Source: Lentisphaerota bacterium
GTDB lineage: Bacteria; Verrucomicrobiota; Kiritimatiellia; UBA8416; JAIOPI01
Length of the DNA: 64,000 bases
Direction of reading: 5' to 3'
NCBI GenBank assembly: GCA_021413965.1
Contig: JAIOPI010000021.1
Span: forward strand, 220,671 to 284,670
Part shown: positions 40,899 to 50,726 of the stretch, piece after piece
Layout: the number at the start of each line of letters is the position of its first letter
Numbering within the stretch: the stretch's first letter is position 1
The notes under the pieces: model-generated
The model's database searches: none
Seen by the model: the letters and a program-made list of their open reading frames with translations, nothing else
What the model was told of the DNA's origin: nothing
Made by a program: the position numbers and the translations under genes

Positions 40899-43007
40899 TC
40901 ACTCGCCCTTCGTCGCCCTTTCGGGCCGTCCGTTCAACCACTGCAACTCGGGCAGGACGGCCAGCGCGTCAAAGTTCGTCGCCGTGGCTGGCACGTCGGC
41001 CAGGCGCAGGCTCCGGCAACTCGCGAGGGGAGACAGGTCCTTCACCAGCGTATCGAGCATGCCGATCCGCCGCAGTGGCAGGCCGGCCAGCGGCGCCAGA
41101 TTCCAGACGTGCGTGCAATTCATGTGCAGTTCCTCCAGCGGCATGCCCTGCAGCGGCGTCAGGTCGGTGACCGCCGTGTGCCCGATGTCGAGATAGCGCA
41201 GTGGTGCGCCTCGCAACGGGGTGAGATCGCGAACGGGGGTGGCCTCCAGGCGCAGTTCGCGCAACGGCGCGCCCGCCAGTGGCGCGAGGTCGGCCACATG
41301 GCCGCGCGCGAGGTCGAGCGTGGCGAGCGGCATGCCCCGCAAGGGCTCCAGGTCCGTCACGCCGGACCAGCTGATGTCCAGGTTCTCCAGCGGCAGCCCC
41401 GTCAGGGCCGAAAGGTCCCGGACGTGCGGGCCCGTCAGGATGGCGCCGGTCACGACGCCGTTGGTGATGGTGAAGGCGCCGCGTCCATCGTAGCCGGGAT
41501 TCGTGCGGCGCAGCGCCGCGTGCAGGGCGGCGGGATCGGCGCCGCGCGTGGGAACGCTGGCAGCCTCGCGGCGCTCCCACTCGCAAATGAACCCGTCGAT
41601 GATCGGGGACTGGCCGGCGAAGTCGTTCCACTTGCCGTACTTCGTCATCATCAGGCAATTCTCATGGCTCGCCGCATCATTCGGTTCGCCAAGGTCCCAG
41701 TTCGTGTAGACCAGCGAGGAGCCGTCGACCCACGTCCATGCGCCGGTGAGCGGATCACGGGTGGCGCCCAGCCAGACATGGCTGCGGGAGAGACCGGCGA
41801 GGAACTCGTTTTCGCCCGGGCTGTTGACGATCGCCAGCTGGCCGCCCATGCGTTCGCACTGGCGCCGCGCGTCGTCCCAGGGACGGCGATCGATGAAGAC
41901 CTTGTACGCGTGACCGCCGAAGGCGGCCACATCGCGCGGCACGGGCAACCTGCGCAGGCGCGCCGCTCCGAACAGCAGGCCGCCCAGCACGAGCGCGATG
42001 CAGGCGAGTGCCGCCAGCGCCGCGAGCGAGGAGCGGCGGCGGGGCGCGGCCGGCGACCACGCGTCAAGGGGCTCCGAGAGGACCACATCCAGCAGGGCCT
42101 GCTTGACATCCTGCGCACGCTGAAACCGCCGCGCCGGATCGCTGGCCATGGCCTTCAGCACCACGGCATCCAATGACGGGGGCGTGCCGGCGCGCTGGGA
42201 TGGTGGAGGGAAGTGCCCCACCGGCAGTTCGCCGGTGAGCATCTCGTACAGCACGACTCCGGCCGCAAAAAGGTCGGCGCGGGCATCGGCGTTGGCCGTG
42301 CGCGCATGCTGTTCGGGAGCCATGTAATAGGGCGTGCCCATGGTCTGTGCGTGCGAGGTCAGCGCCCGGTCCGGGTGTGCCTCGCCGGCCAGCTTCGCCA
42401 GCCCGAAGTCCGCGACCTTCACGTGCCCGCCGTCATTGATCAGGATGTTGGCGGGCTTGATGTCGCGATGCACGATGCCGCGCGCGTGGGCGGCCTCAAG
42501 GGCATCGCACAGCGCCAGCGCGATGTTCAGCGCCTCGCGCGGCGTGAGGCGGCGCGACGCCATGAGTCGCCGCAGATCGGTGCCCGCGACCAGCTCCATC
42601 ACGAGGTAGGGCATCCCTCCGGCCTCGCCGAAATCATGCACGGCGACGATATTGGGATGGTTCAGGCTTGCCATGGCCTGCGCCTCACGGCGAAACCGCT
42701 CGCGAAACTCGAGCGGCCCGCCGGATGGCTCGCGCAGGATCTTCAACGCCACCAGCCGGTTCAGCGCCGGCTGGCGGGCCCGGTACACGGCGCCGGCTCC
42801 GCCCTGGCCCAACAGATCGATCAGCTCGAGGTGGGGGAAGAGCACTTGAAGCGCGGTGAGCGGGGGCAGCGCGAGGGCATCAGGCGCATCGTTCGCCGCA
42901 CCGGTGTCGCCGAGCCCCTGGCGCAAGAGGCATGCCGGGCACAGGCCGGCAGGCGCATCCTCGGGGATCCGGTGCCCGCAGACCTCGCACGATGAGTCTG
43001 GCGCCAT
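40899..43007 (-). CDS. Serine/threonine protein kinase with a transmembrane segment, extracytoplasmic C-type lectin domain and leucine-rich repeats
   Basis: An N-terminal zinc-ribbon (CEVCGHRIPEDAPAGLCPAC); the kinase domain (GQGGAGAVYRA, VALK, HRDIKPANIL, DFG, APE); a TM helix (LAALAALACIALVLGGLLFGAA); a CTLD (WDDARRQCERMGGQLAIVNSPGENEFL ... WNDFAGQSPIIDGFICEW); about seven 22-aa LRRs. Confidence 0.9.
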   Translation of the reverse strand: MAPDSSCEVCGHRIPEDAPAGLCPACLLRQGLGDTGAANDAPDALALPPLTALQVLFPHLELIDLLGQGGAGAVYRARQPALNRLVALKILREPSGGPLEFRERFRREAQAMASLNHPNIVAVHDFGEAGGMPYLVMELVAGTDLRRLMASRRLTPREALNIALALCDALEAAHARGIVHRDIKPANILINDGGHVKVADFGLAKLAGEAHPDRALTSHAQTMGTPYYMAPEQHARTANADARADLFAAGVVLYEMLTGELPVGHFPPPSQRAGTPPSLDAVVLKAMASDPARRFQRAQDVKQALLDVVLSEPLDAWSPAAPRRRSSLAALAALACIALVLGGLLFGAARLRRLPVPRDVAAFGGHAYKVFIDRRPWDDARRQCERMGGQLAIVNSPGENEFLAGLSRSHVWLGATRDPLTGAWTWVDGSSLVYTNWDLGEPNDAASHENCLMMTKYGKWNDFAGQSPIIDGFICEWERREAASVPTRGADPAALHAALRRTNPGYDGRGAFTITNGVVTGAILTGPHVRDLSALTGLPLENLDISWSGVTDLEPLRGMPLATLDLARGHVADLAPLAGAPLRELRLEATPVRDLTPLRGAPLRYLDIGHTAVTDLTPLQGMPLEELHMNCTHVWNLAPLAGLPLRRIGMLDTLVKDLSPLASCRSLRLADVPATATNFDALAVLPELQWLNGRPERATKGE

Positions 43008-43727
43008 TTACGCCGCTCCCGCCAGGCAGGCCACCAGGTGCCGGAGTTCGTCGTCCACGTCGGTGGCGGTACCCACGGTGTCGGCCACCTGCTGCCGCAG
43101 GAGTTCGGCGAAGCGGCGCCGCAAGCGGTGTGCCAGCACGCGCACGTGCCCCTCGTTGATCGCGAGTCGGCCGGCAGCGTCCTCGCAGGCGCCGGCGGGG
43201 GTGTGAATGATGTGACCGCGAAGCGCGTCGAAGACGGCCTGCTTGCCGGCCTGTGTGTATTCAGCTTCCAGGATCACCAGCGTGCGTTGCAGCAACACGT
43301 TGGCCCAGCGGTGGTCGAAGTACACATCGGGAGGTGCGGGGTCCGCAGGTTCGGCGGCATAGCGCGCATCACCATCGTCGGCGTTGAGGGACATGGTTGG
43401 CACGCCACCGCCTCGCTTCTCGGCCTGGCGGCGCGTGTGCATGTCGGCCATGTGATGCTTCATCGCGCCCAGCAGAAAGGAGCGAAAGCGCCCGCGGTTC
43501 GGGTTGGCTGTCGCCAGGCTGTCGCGACGGATGAGGTCGGCGAACAGGCCCTGCGTCAGATCTTCGGCTTCATGATGGGCGCAGCCGGACCGTCGGGCGA
43601 AGGCATAGAGGGGATACCAGTAGGCCTGGCAGAGATCGGACAAGGCGGCGTGTGCCACGGTGGCTTCCTCGTCCCGCGCCCGCAGCACCACGCTCCACCG
43701 GGTGACGGCAAAATCGCCTGAGGGCAT
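43008..43727 (-). CDS. ECF-type RNA polymerase sigma factor (planctomycete/verrucomicrobial TRWS-type)
   Basis: The start is MPSGDFAVTRWSVVLRA (M142 of the ORF); sigma-2 LTQGLFADLIRR and sigma-4 regions. Its stop abuts the STK start codon. Confidence 0.8.
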   Translation of the reverse strand: MPSGDFAVTRWSVVLRARDEEATVAHAALSDLCQAYWYPLYAFARRSGCAHHEAEDLTQGLFADLIRRDSLATANPNRGRFRSFLLGAMKHHMADMHTRRQAEKRGGGVPTMSLNADDGDARYAAEPADPAPPDVYFDHRWANVLLQRTLVILEAEYTQAGKQAVFDALRGHIIHTPAGACEDAAGRLAINEGHVRVLAHRLRRRFAELLRQQVADTVGTATDVDDELRHLVACLAGAA

Positions 43728-43983
43728 GGCGCGAGTATGGCAAAGAACCCCGTCCCCGGCAACGGTGCGACCCACTGCCCAATCGCCGGCACCCCGTCGA
43801 CGCCTACCATCGGTAACATCCTTATGTAGAATTGGTTGTGCCATATTTGGGGCGATTTTATGGCCTTGCAGGCTATTTTTTGGGGCCAAAAGGGGATCTA
43901 ACGGACTGATGTTTCGCCGGTGCGCGTGGTGTGTGCTTGTAACACCTGGTTCTGGAATCCGAAGGAAGAGATGAAAGGAGACA

Positions 43984-46900
43984 GTGCCGATGCATGCAAC
44001 CGAACATGTCCGCGAGAGCCTGCTCCCAGAGGGAATGCACCGCGCATCCCTGCTCTGGTGGCTGTGGATTCTGCCGCAGGCCCTGCTCGGTCTGATCAAC
44101 TTGCGCGACTTCTTTCTTGTGAACGGGGAGATGACTCTGCCCCAAATCACGCTGGCCGGTTATGTGGCGTCCGCCGAGTTCGGATTGCTGGCGTTCGGCT
44201 GCGCGTCGCTCCTGGCGCAGCGTTTGCGCAACCGGCCGCTGTCGCTGCCTCTGTGCGGGGCCATCCTTCTGTCTCACGCGGCCTACCTGTGGGGATTCAC
44301 GGCTTGCCTCAACGATCTCCTGCCGAGTTCTGTGACGATGTGGCTGCTGCCATTGCCGCGCGTCCTCTACGCGCAGTTCGCTCTCATCATGCCGATCCTC
44401 TTCTATTCCCTGCTTCGGCTGTCGAGCTATGCCGTTCCGTGGTCGCGGCGGCAGGATCTGTGGCTGATGCTGAGTGCCATGACGGGGCCGCTCCTCCTCT
44501 GGGCCGGCGCGATCTCGCCGTGGCATCCACGCAACGCCTTCATCGCCGTTGCCCTCTGGGATGTCGCGCTCACAATCATCCTGCTGCCGCTTCTTCTCGC
44601 CGCGCGGGCCGCCTTGCATGACCGGAGGCGGGGAGCGCTCACCGCGGTAGCCACCCTGACCTGGCTCGTGCTGGTCGGCATTTCATTCGTTCGCGCGACG
44701 CCGTCGTGGCGCTGGTCCGACGGCAACGAGTGGGGCATCATCGCCGCCGTCGTCCTGCTGACGGTGGCCTTCATGCTCCACCTCCTGCGCCTGCTGGTGC
44801 GCATCGAAGCCTGGCTCGCCGACCGCGGGCCTGTGGGCCGAACACTGGTGGCCGCCCTGGTCGCGGTGGTCGGTCCGTTCGGCGGCCTGATGCTGAATCG
44901 ACACATTCCCTTTCCCGCCGACTACCAGTGCCTCTCGGTCTACATCCTGGCGGTCGTGAATGCCGCACTCCTCATGCTCCCGGCGTCGCGCTCCCGCGCG
45001 CGCGCGCTGGCAACGTGGCTCCTGCAGGCGCTGATGTTTCCCTTCACGTTCTACTTCTTCATCGTCTTCCTGCCCTTTCTGCCGCTGGCCCTGCTCGCCA
45101 TCGTGGCGGCGGGCGCGGGATTCCTGGTGCTGACGCCGACAGCCTTGTTCCTGTTCCATGGCCGGCGCATGCTGGAAGGACTGCGCCTCGCGCAGCTGGC
45201 GTGGGGGCCCCGACGCGCCAGGCTGGCTCTCGCCGGCGCCCTTGCCGCGCTGCCGCTCGCGCTCACCGCCGCAGCCCTCGTGGATCGCGCCGGCCTGCGG
45301 CAGGCCATGGACTACGTCTTTGAACCCACCTACGAAGCGGCCACCTTCCACGGCTCCCGCGCGCTGGTGCGCCGCACCCTGTTGCGCATGGTCGATGCCC
45401 GCGACGACCGTCGCCTGCCGATCCTTTCCGGCATCTACAACCACATCGTGTTCGGCGGTCTCGTACTGCCTGATGCCAAGTTGAAACAGATGCAGGATGT
45501 GTTCTTCGGCGGTCCGCTCCCGGGCGGCACCAAGCCCGGCGTGCTGGCGGAAGTCTTCGGTGAGCCTCAGCGCGGTGTCCTTGATGACATCACCGGCGGT
45601 CCGGACAGCCTGCGGGACTTCGCGGGCCCGAGCGCCACCCTCGCCGACCTCGCCTCGCATTCGGACGCCGTGCGCGGCGGCGTGCGGACCCAACTTACCC
45701 TGACCCTGACGAACACCCATTCCGCGCCAGCCGAATGCGTCACCCGCCTCCATCTGCCGGACAGCGTCCTCGTCTCCGGCCTCTGGTTGTCCATCGATGG
45801 CGAGCGCGTCGCGGGGCAGCTCTTCGAGAAACAGGCCGCCCTGTGGGTCTACCGCATGATCACCTCCAGTCGTCGCGATCCCGCGTTGCTGGCGTATACG
45901 GGGCCGCAGTCCGCGGAATTGCGCGTCTTTCCGGTCGAGCCGCACCAGACGCGCACCGTGGACATCGAGCTGTTGCATCCCCGGGGATATGCCGCCACGA
46001 TTTTCGTGGATGCACGCCCCGTGACGCTTCCCGCACTGGGCACAGCATCGGCCCCTGCCTTTACCACCGCGGGCGACGGGACGGGAACGTTCCTGATCCT
46101 CGGACGGGAGCTTCCCTCCGTCGTGCGCCAGCCGTACCTGCACCTCATCGTGGACCAATCCGCCGCCGCCACGGGCACCGCAAGCGTCGCGGATCGTGTG
46201 CGCGCCGCGGCGGCCCAGTTTCCGGGCCTCGCCACGGGTGTCGTCACGCTGGCCAACTACGAGTTCGCCGAGCCCGCGGGTACGGTGCCGCGGCCGCTGA
46301 GCGAGATTGCCGATATCCTGGAGCAGGACGCTGACGAGGCCCTGCCGCCGCGCGGGGGCTTCTGCCGTGATCGTGCCATTCAGCGGGCTCTGACACAACG
46401 CGCCGCGTTACTGGATTCGCCGGCCACGCCCGACGCTGAGCGACTCCGGGCGCCCGTGTTCGTCGTGCTGCCCTCCGTTGGCTCCGTGGTTGCAGGCGAC
46501 CCGGACCGTCTGGCGTGGTGGCAGGACTTGGCACCCGACTTCCCGTTCTTCTACGAGTGGCAGGCGAACCGCCTTGAACTCCGCAGCTTCGCCGGGCCAT
46601 CCCACCCCGGCGGGGCGCGCCCGCCGGAACTGGCCCCCGTCACCCTCGTGCGGAGTGACTCACAGTTCGCGGCGCTGCCGCCCGCAGTCGATGTATGGCA
46701 TGTGGACCGCGTCGAGGAGAACATCGCGCCGACCTGGCGGATCTACCGGCCCGACACCGGGCGCTTCACGCCGTGGCCAGCCTTGAGCCGGTTCTCGTCG
46801 GGCGCCTATCGGCGGGGGCTCGACGTGTTGGCGGAATCCCGTCGATTGCAGCACCATCCGGAGGAGACGCCCACGCGCTGGCCGGAGGTGGTGCGCGCCA

Positions 46901-47124
46901 GCAAAACCGCGGGCGTCCTGGCGCCCGCCACGGCGTGGATGGTGGTGGAGAATTCGGCGCAGTGGAAGATGCTGGCCCGCAAGGAATCCGAGAAGCTGGC
47001 GCACGCCGAGGCGCTGTCCTTCCGCACTGTGCCGGACGCGCCGGGCACATTCGCGCTGACCGCGCTGGGCCTGCTCGCCCTTGGCGTCGTCCAGGCGCGG
47101 TTACGAAAGGCTGGCGTGCCATGA
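43984..47124 (+). CDS. Large polytopic membrane protein (about 12 N-terminal TM helices and a ~600-aa extracytoplasmic domain) with a C-terminal PEP-CTERM/VPDSG-CTERM-like sorting signal
   Basis: AAAGGAGA SD; the start is GTG 43984 or ATG 43990. The C-terminus is ...FRTVPDAPGTFALTALGLLALGVVQARLRKAGVP, that is motif, TM helix and basic cluster. There is no N-terminal signal peptide. Its TGA overlaps the ATG of the next gene. Confidence 0.8.
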   Translation: MPMHATEHVRESLLPEGMHRASLLWWLWILPQALLGLINLRDFFLVNGEMTLPQITLAGYVASAEFGLLAFGCASLLAQRLRNRPLSLPLCGAILLSHAAYLWGFTACLNDLLPSSVTMWLLPLPRVLYAQFALIMPILFYSLLRLSSYAVPWSRRQDLWLMLSAMTGPLLLWAGAISPWHPRNAFIAVALWDVALTIILLPLLLAARAALHDRRRGALTAVATLTWLVLVGISFVRATPSWRWSDGNEWGIIAAVVLLTVAFMLHLLRLLVRIEAWLADRGPVGRTLVAALVAVVGPFGGLMLNRHIPFPADYQCLSVYILAVVNAALLMLPASRSRARALATWLLQALMFPFTFYFFIVFLPFLPLALLAIVAAGAGFLVLTPTALFLFHGRRMLEGLRLAQLAWGPRRARLALAGALAALPLALTAAALVDRAGLRQAMDYVFEPTYEAATFHGSRALVRRTLLRMVDARDDRRLPILSGIYNHIVFGGLVLPDAKLKQMQDVFFGGPLPGGTKPGVLAEVFGEPQRGVLDDITGGPDSLRDFAGPSATLADLASHSDAVRGGVRTQLTLTLTNTHSAPAECVTRLHLPDSVLVSGLWLSIDGERVAGQLFEKQAALWVYRMITSSRRDPALLAYTGPQSAELRVFPVEPHQTRTVDIELLHPRGYAATIFVDARPVTLPALGTASAPAFTTAGDGTGTFLILGRELPSVVRQPYLHLIVDQSAAATGTASVADRVRAAAAQFPGLATGVVTLANYEFAEPAGTVPRPLSEIADILEQDADEALPPRGGFCRDRAIQRALTQRAALLDSPATPDAERLRAPVFVVLPSVGSVVAGDPDRLAWWQDLAPDFPFFYEWQANRLELRSFAGPSHPGGARPPELAPVTLVRSDSQFAALPPAVDVWHVDRVEENIAPTWRIYRPDTGRFTPWPALSRFSSGAYRRGLDVLAESRRLQHHPEETPTRWPEVVRASKTAGVLAPATAWMVVENSAQWKMLARKESEKLAHAEALSFRTVPDAPGTFALTALGLLALGVVQARLRKAGVP

Positions 47125-47834
47125 ACTCGCTTCCGCTGATCGTCCTCACCCGGCCCGACACGTTCTGGCGCGGCGTGCGCGCGGACCGCTGGCGCGCGCA
47201 CGACCTGCTCCAACTGGCCGCCTTCACGGCGCTGGCCTGTGGCGTGTACGGCGCGATCATGGCCGGTTGGCGATCCCCGCGCCTGGCCCTCTATGTGGGC
47301 ATCAAGCTGCCGATGATGGTCTTCATGACGACCGGCACCGTTTCGGTTTTCAACTGGATGGCGGCCCTCGCGCTGGGATGCTCTTTGGGATACCGCCAAA
47401 CACTGTTCCTCGCCGCGGGCGCCATGGCCGTGTCCGGCTGGCTGCTGCTCGCGCTGGCCCCCGTCGCGCTCATGTTCATCGTGTCCAGCGTCCCCGGCTC
47501 CGGCACTGGCGCGGAACTTCGCTACGCCCACAACGTCATGCTCCTGACGCATATTGCCGTCCTGGCGGGAGCCGGCGTGGCAGGCAACGCCCGGCTGCTG
47601 GCCTGGCTGCGGACGGTGGCATCGACGCGCGCCCGCGCCCGGACCGTGTTCATCGTCTGGCTGGCCGTCTTTGCCTTTGTCGGCTGCCAGGCGTCATGGC
47701 TGCTGCGCCCCTTTGTCGGCAGCCCCTTCTATCCCGTTGTCTTCCTGCGGCCCGACGCCCTGGAGCGAAACTTCTACGAGTTCGTGCTGGGAGATGTGCT
47801 GCCTTACGTCCTTAACGGAGGAGACCGACCATGA
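47121..47834 (+). CDS. Multi-pass membrane protein (paralog 1), function unknown
   Basis: MNSLPLIVLTRPDTFWRG; about 5 TM helices. ATGA couples it on both sides. It shares IKLPMMVF, LAPVALMFIVSS and the LLRPFV motif with the next gene. Confidence 0.7.
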   Translation: MNSLPLIVLTRPDTFWRGVRADRWRAHDLLQLAAFTALACGVYGAIMAGWRSPRLALYVGIKLPMMVFMTTGTVSVFNWMAALALGCSLGYRQTLFLAAGAMAVSGWLLLALAPVALMFIVSSVPGSGTGAELRYAHNVMLLTHIAVLAGAGVAGNARLLAWLRTVASTRARARTVFIVWLAVFAFVGCQASWLLRPFVGSPFYPVVFLRPDALERNFYEFVLGDVLPYVLNGGDRP

Positions 47835-48535
47835 ATGCGACGCCTGCTGCTGCCGAATCCAAAACGCCGCCCCCGCCGCCCATGGACACATCCCCGCCGC
47901 TGACCGCGCTCTTGCGCGCCCCGGCCAGCGTGGGGGCGCGCATCGCCGCGCCGCGCGAGCTGCTCCGGCACGGACGGCACTTTCTGCTCGCCGCCATCGC
48001 GGGGCACGCCGCCTTCGGTTTGGCGGCGGGCTTGTTCGGCGGTGTGTCCGCGGGCCTGATGGGGGCGGCGAAGGTGCCGCTGATCGCGCTCGGCGCCTTC
48101 CTGCTCTGCCTGCCGAGCCTCTATGTGTTCTGCAACCTGGCGGGCGCGCCACTCTCCGGCGAACAAATCACCGTGGTGGGGCTGGCCTGCCTGGCGCTGG
48201 TCGGACTGCTACTGGCTGCGCTCGCGCCAGTGGTCTGGCTCTTCGCGGTGTCGACGTCCAGCCTGCCGTTTGTGGTTGTGCTGGATTTGCTGGCGTGCGG
48301 CATCGGTCTCGTCTACGCCTTCCGCCTGCCCGTTCATCTCCGTCAGGCGGCGGGCCTGCACCGCATGGGTGGCCTTCGCGTCTGGCTGCTGGTGCTGACC
48401 GTGACCTCGCTGCAGATGCTGACGTTCCTGCGGCCCGTGATCGCGGCGCCGGTCGACGGCTGGTGGACGCCGAAGAAGCAATTCTTCCTGAAGCATTTCA
48501 CGACCTGCTTCGAAGAGAGTGCGCACCGGCATTGA
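47831..48535 (+). CDS. Multi-pass membrane protein (paralog 2), function unknown
   Basis: MNATPAAAESKTPPPPPMDTS ...; AKVPLIALGAFLL, LAPVVWLFAVSTS and TFLRPVIA are collinear with the previous gene, indicating a tandem duplication. Confidence 0.7.
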   Translation: MNATPAAAESKTPPPPPMDTSPPLTALLRAPASVGARIAAPRELLRHGRHFLLAAIAGHAAFGLAAGLFGGVSAGLMGAAKVPLIALGAFLLCLPSLYVFCNLAGAPLSGEQITVVGLACLALVGLLLAALAPVVWLFAVSTSSLPFVVVLDLLACGIGLVYAFRLPVHLRQAAGLHRMGGLRVWLLVLTVTSLQMLTFLRPVIAAPVDGWWTPKKQFFLKHFTTCFEESAHRH

Positions 48536-48692
48536 TGGACACGGCTCGCCGGGACGGCTCGCCCCACCACGGTTCCGTGGGGACGCGCAAACCGGGCGCT
48601 CAGGCCGGGACGCTTTGCCGTTGTGCCATCCGGCACAGGTGCTAGAATTGCGCGAGGGAACGGGGTTACACATTCGAGGAGGAATCCACGCC

Positions 48693-49433
48693 ATGAATAT
48701 CAGTCGACGAGACGTGCTTCGCACCACCGCATTGGGATCCCTGGCCGTCCTGGCGGGCCAGCGAATTATCACGGGTACGGCTTGGGCGGTGCCGGCAGAA
48801 GGTGCGCCGGCCGCGGGGACCGACTATTGCACGCTGCCGGCGTTGCCCTACGCATTCGATGCGCTCGAGCCTCACCTCGACGCGCAGACGATGCAGATCC
48901 ACCACGACAAGCACCATGCCGCCTACGTCAAGGGGCTGAACGCCGCCGTGGCCAGCCAGCCCGACCTGGGCTCACGCACGCCCGAGGACCTGGTTGCCCA
49001 TTGGCATGACCTTCCGGCTGCCGTGCAGACCGCCGTGCGCAACCATGGCGGCGGCCACGTGAACCATTCCATGTTCTGGACCTCGCTGTCGGCCAGGGGT
49101 GGGGCGCCCGCGGGCGAGTTTGCCCAGGCGGTGGACAAGACGTTCGGCAGCCTGGCGGCACTTCGGGAGCAACTGACGAAAGCCGCCACGGGCGTGTTCG
49201 GAAGCGGGTGGGCCTGGTTGTGCGTGGGCGCCGGCGGGGTGCTTGCCGTGGAGTCCACGCCGAACCAGGACAATCCACTGACGGCTGGTCACAAGCCGCT
49301 GCTCGGCCTCGACGTCTGGGAGCACGCGTACTACCTGAAGTACCAGAACCGCCGGGCCGATTACCTGACCGCGATCATGCATGTGATCGACTGGGATGTC
49401 GTCTCCGCCCGCTTTGCGGCAACGCCGGCCTGA
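48693..49433 (+). CDS. Fe/Mn superoxide dismutase with a Tat signal peptide
   Basis: GAGGAGG SD; MNISRRDVLRTTALGSLAVLAG is a twin-arginine signal; HHDKHHAAY, DVWEHAYYLKYQNRRADY. Confidence 0.9.
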   Translation: MNISRRDVLRTTALGSLAVLAGQRIITGTAWAVPAEGAPAAGTDYCTLPALPYAFDALEPHLDAQTMQIHHDKHHAAYVKGLNAAVASQPDLGSRTPEDLVAHWHDLPAAVQTAVRNHGGGHVNHSMFWTSLSARGGAPAGEFAQAVDKTFGSLAALREQLTKAATGVFGSGWAWLCVGAGGVLAVESTPNQDNPLTAGHKPLLGLDVWEHAYYLKYQNRRADYLTAIMHVIDWDVVSARFAATPA

Positions 49434-49541
49434 CGCGTGGCCCCCGCGGTTGACACGCATGGCGCAGAGGGCCGCGGCGGCTCCGATGTGCGACGTTCGT
49501 GATCGCCGTGGCTCCTGGCAAAACACTCAGAGAAGGCGCGC

Positions 49542-50606
49542 ATGTCCATTCGAGACACGATGAACCCGGTTGCACGCCGGTTGCCGCTCGCGGGCGGCCG
49601 GCCTGCGGCGGGCGCCACCGCGTCCGGCGTGCAGGACCGCTTCGGCCGCACGATCAACTACCTGCGCGTGTCGCTCACGGACATGTGCAACCTGCGCTGT
49701 GTCTACTGCATGCCCGCCGATATGAAATTCCGCCCGCCCGCGGAATTGATGCAGGATGCCGAGCTGCTGCGGTTGATCGAGCTGTTTGGCGCGCTGGGCT
49801 TCCGCAAGATCCGCTACACGGGAGGCGAGCCCACCCTGCGCGACAACCTGCCCGGGCTCGTCTGCCGCGTGGCGCAGTTCCCCGGCATTGAAGCGCAGGC
49901 GATGACCACCAACGGCCTCCTGCTGGACCAGCTGGCCGCACCGTTGAAGGAGGCCGGGCTGCAGCGCGTCAACATCAGCATCGATTCGCTGGATCCGCAG
50001 AAATTCCGCCGCATGACCCGCTGGGGTAATCTGCGCGACGTCCTCGCGGGCATCCAGGCGGCTGAACGCGTGGGCTTCGAGATCAAGCTGAATGCCGTGG
50101 TCGTCCGCGGTTTCAACGACCAGGCCGATGCCGTGGAACTCGCGCGGCTGACGCGGGAGCACGACTGGCAGGTCCGCTACATCGAGATCATGCCCTTCGG
50201 CGGCATCCATGAGTTCCAGCGTGGCCACATCGTCTCCGAGGATGAACTGCGCGCCACGATCGGCAGCGCCCTGGGCCCGCTCGAGCTGCAGGACGACGGC
50301 AAGCTCGACGGCGAGGCGCGCATCTTCCGCCTGCGCGGCGCGCGCGGCACCCTGGGGTTCATCAGCTCGGTGACCAAGCCGTTCTGCGCCGGCTGCAACC
50401 GTGCCCGGCTCACCGCCGACGGCAAGCTGCGCCTGTGCCTGCTGCGGGACAAGGAAGTCGATCTGCTCACGCCGCTGCGTGCCGGAGCCGCGGCGCCGGA
50501 CCTGGAGGCCTTGATCCGGGCCAACATCTGGGACAAGCCCTGGGGGCACGGCCTCGAGCAAAACCAGTTCGCCACCAACCGCACGATGTCGGAAATCGGC
50601 GGCTAG
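49542..50606 (+). CDS. moaA: GTP 3',8-cyclase (radical SAM)
   Basis: CNLRCVYCMP is the radical-SAM cluster motif; C-terminal CAGCNRARLTADGKLRLCL. Confidence 0.9.
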   Translation: MSIRDTMNPVARRLPLAGGRPAAGATASGVQDRFGRTINYLRVSLTDMCNLRCVYCMPADMKFRPPAELMQDAELLRLIELFGALGFRKIRYTGGEPTLRDNLPGLVCRVAQFPGIEAQAMTTNGLLLDQLAAPLKEAGLQRVNISIDSLDPQKFRRMTRWGNLRDVLAGIQAAERVGFEIKLNAVVVRGFNDQADAVELARLTREHDWQVRYIEIMPFGGIHEFQRGHIVSEDELRATIGSALGPLELQDDGKLDGEARIFRLRGARGTLGFISSVTKPFCAGCNRARLTADGKLRLCLLRDKEVDLLTPLRAGAAAPDLEALIRANIWDKPWGHGLEQNQFATNRTMSEIGG

Positions 50607-50726
50607 GGGCCGCCGCGGGTGAAGCACCAACGTGCGAGGGCACGCCAGAACACATCGAACGGCCTGGGGCATCGGGGCATGCCTGCGAGTCTCCGCGATG
50701 CTCCGGCATATGGTACCGTCTTCGCC

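Noticed and set aside
44683-46398. 571-aa minus-strand ORF, plus 25855..27855 (+), 25934..27052 (-), 49527..51227 (-) and 56615..58030 (+)
   Set aside because: All are long open shadow frames opposite strong homolog-supported genes, with R/G/H/Q-rich composition.
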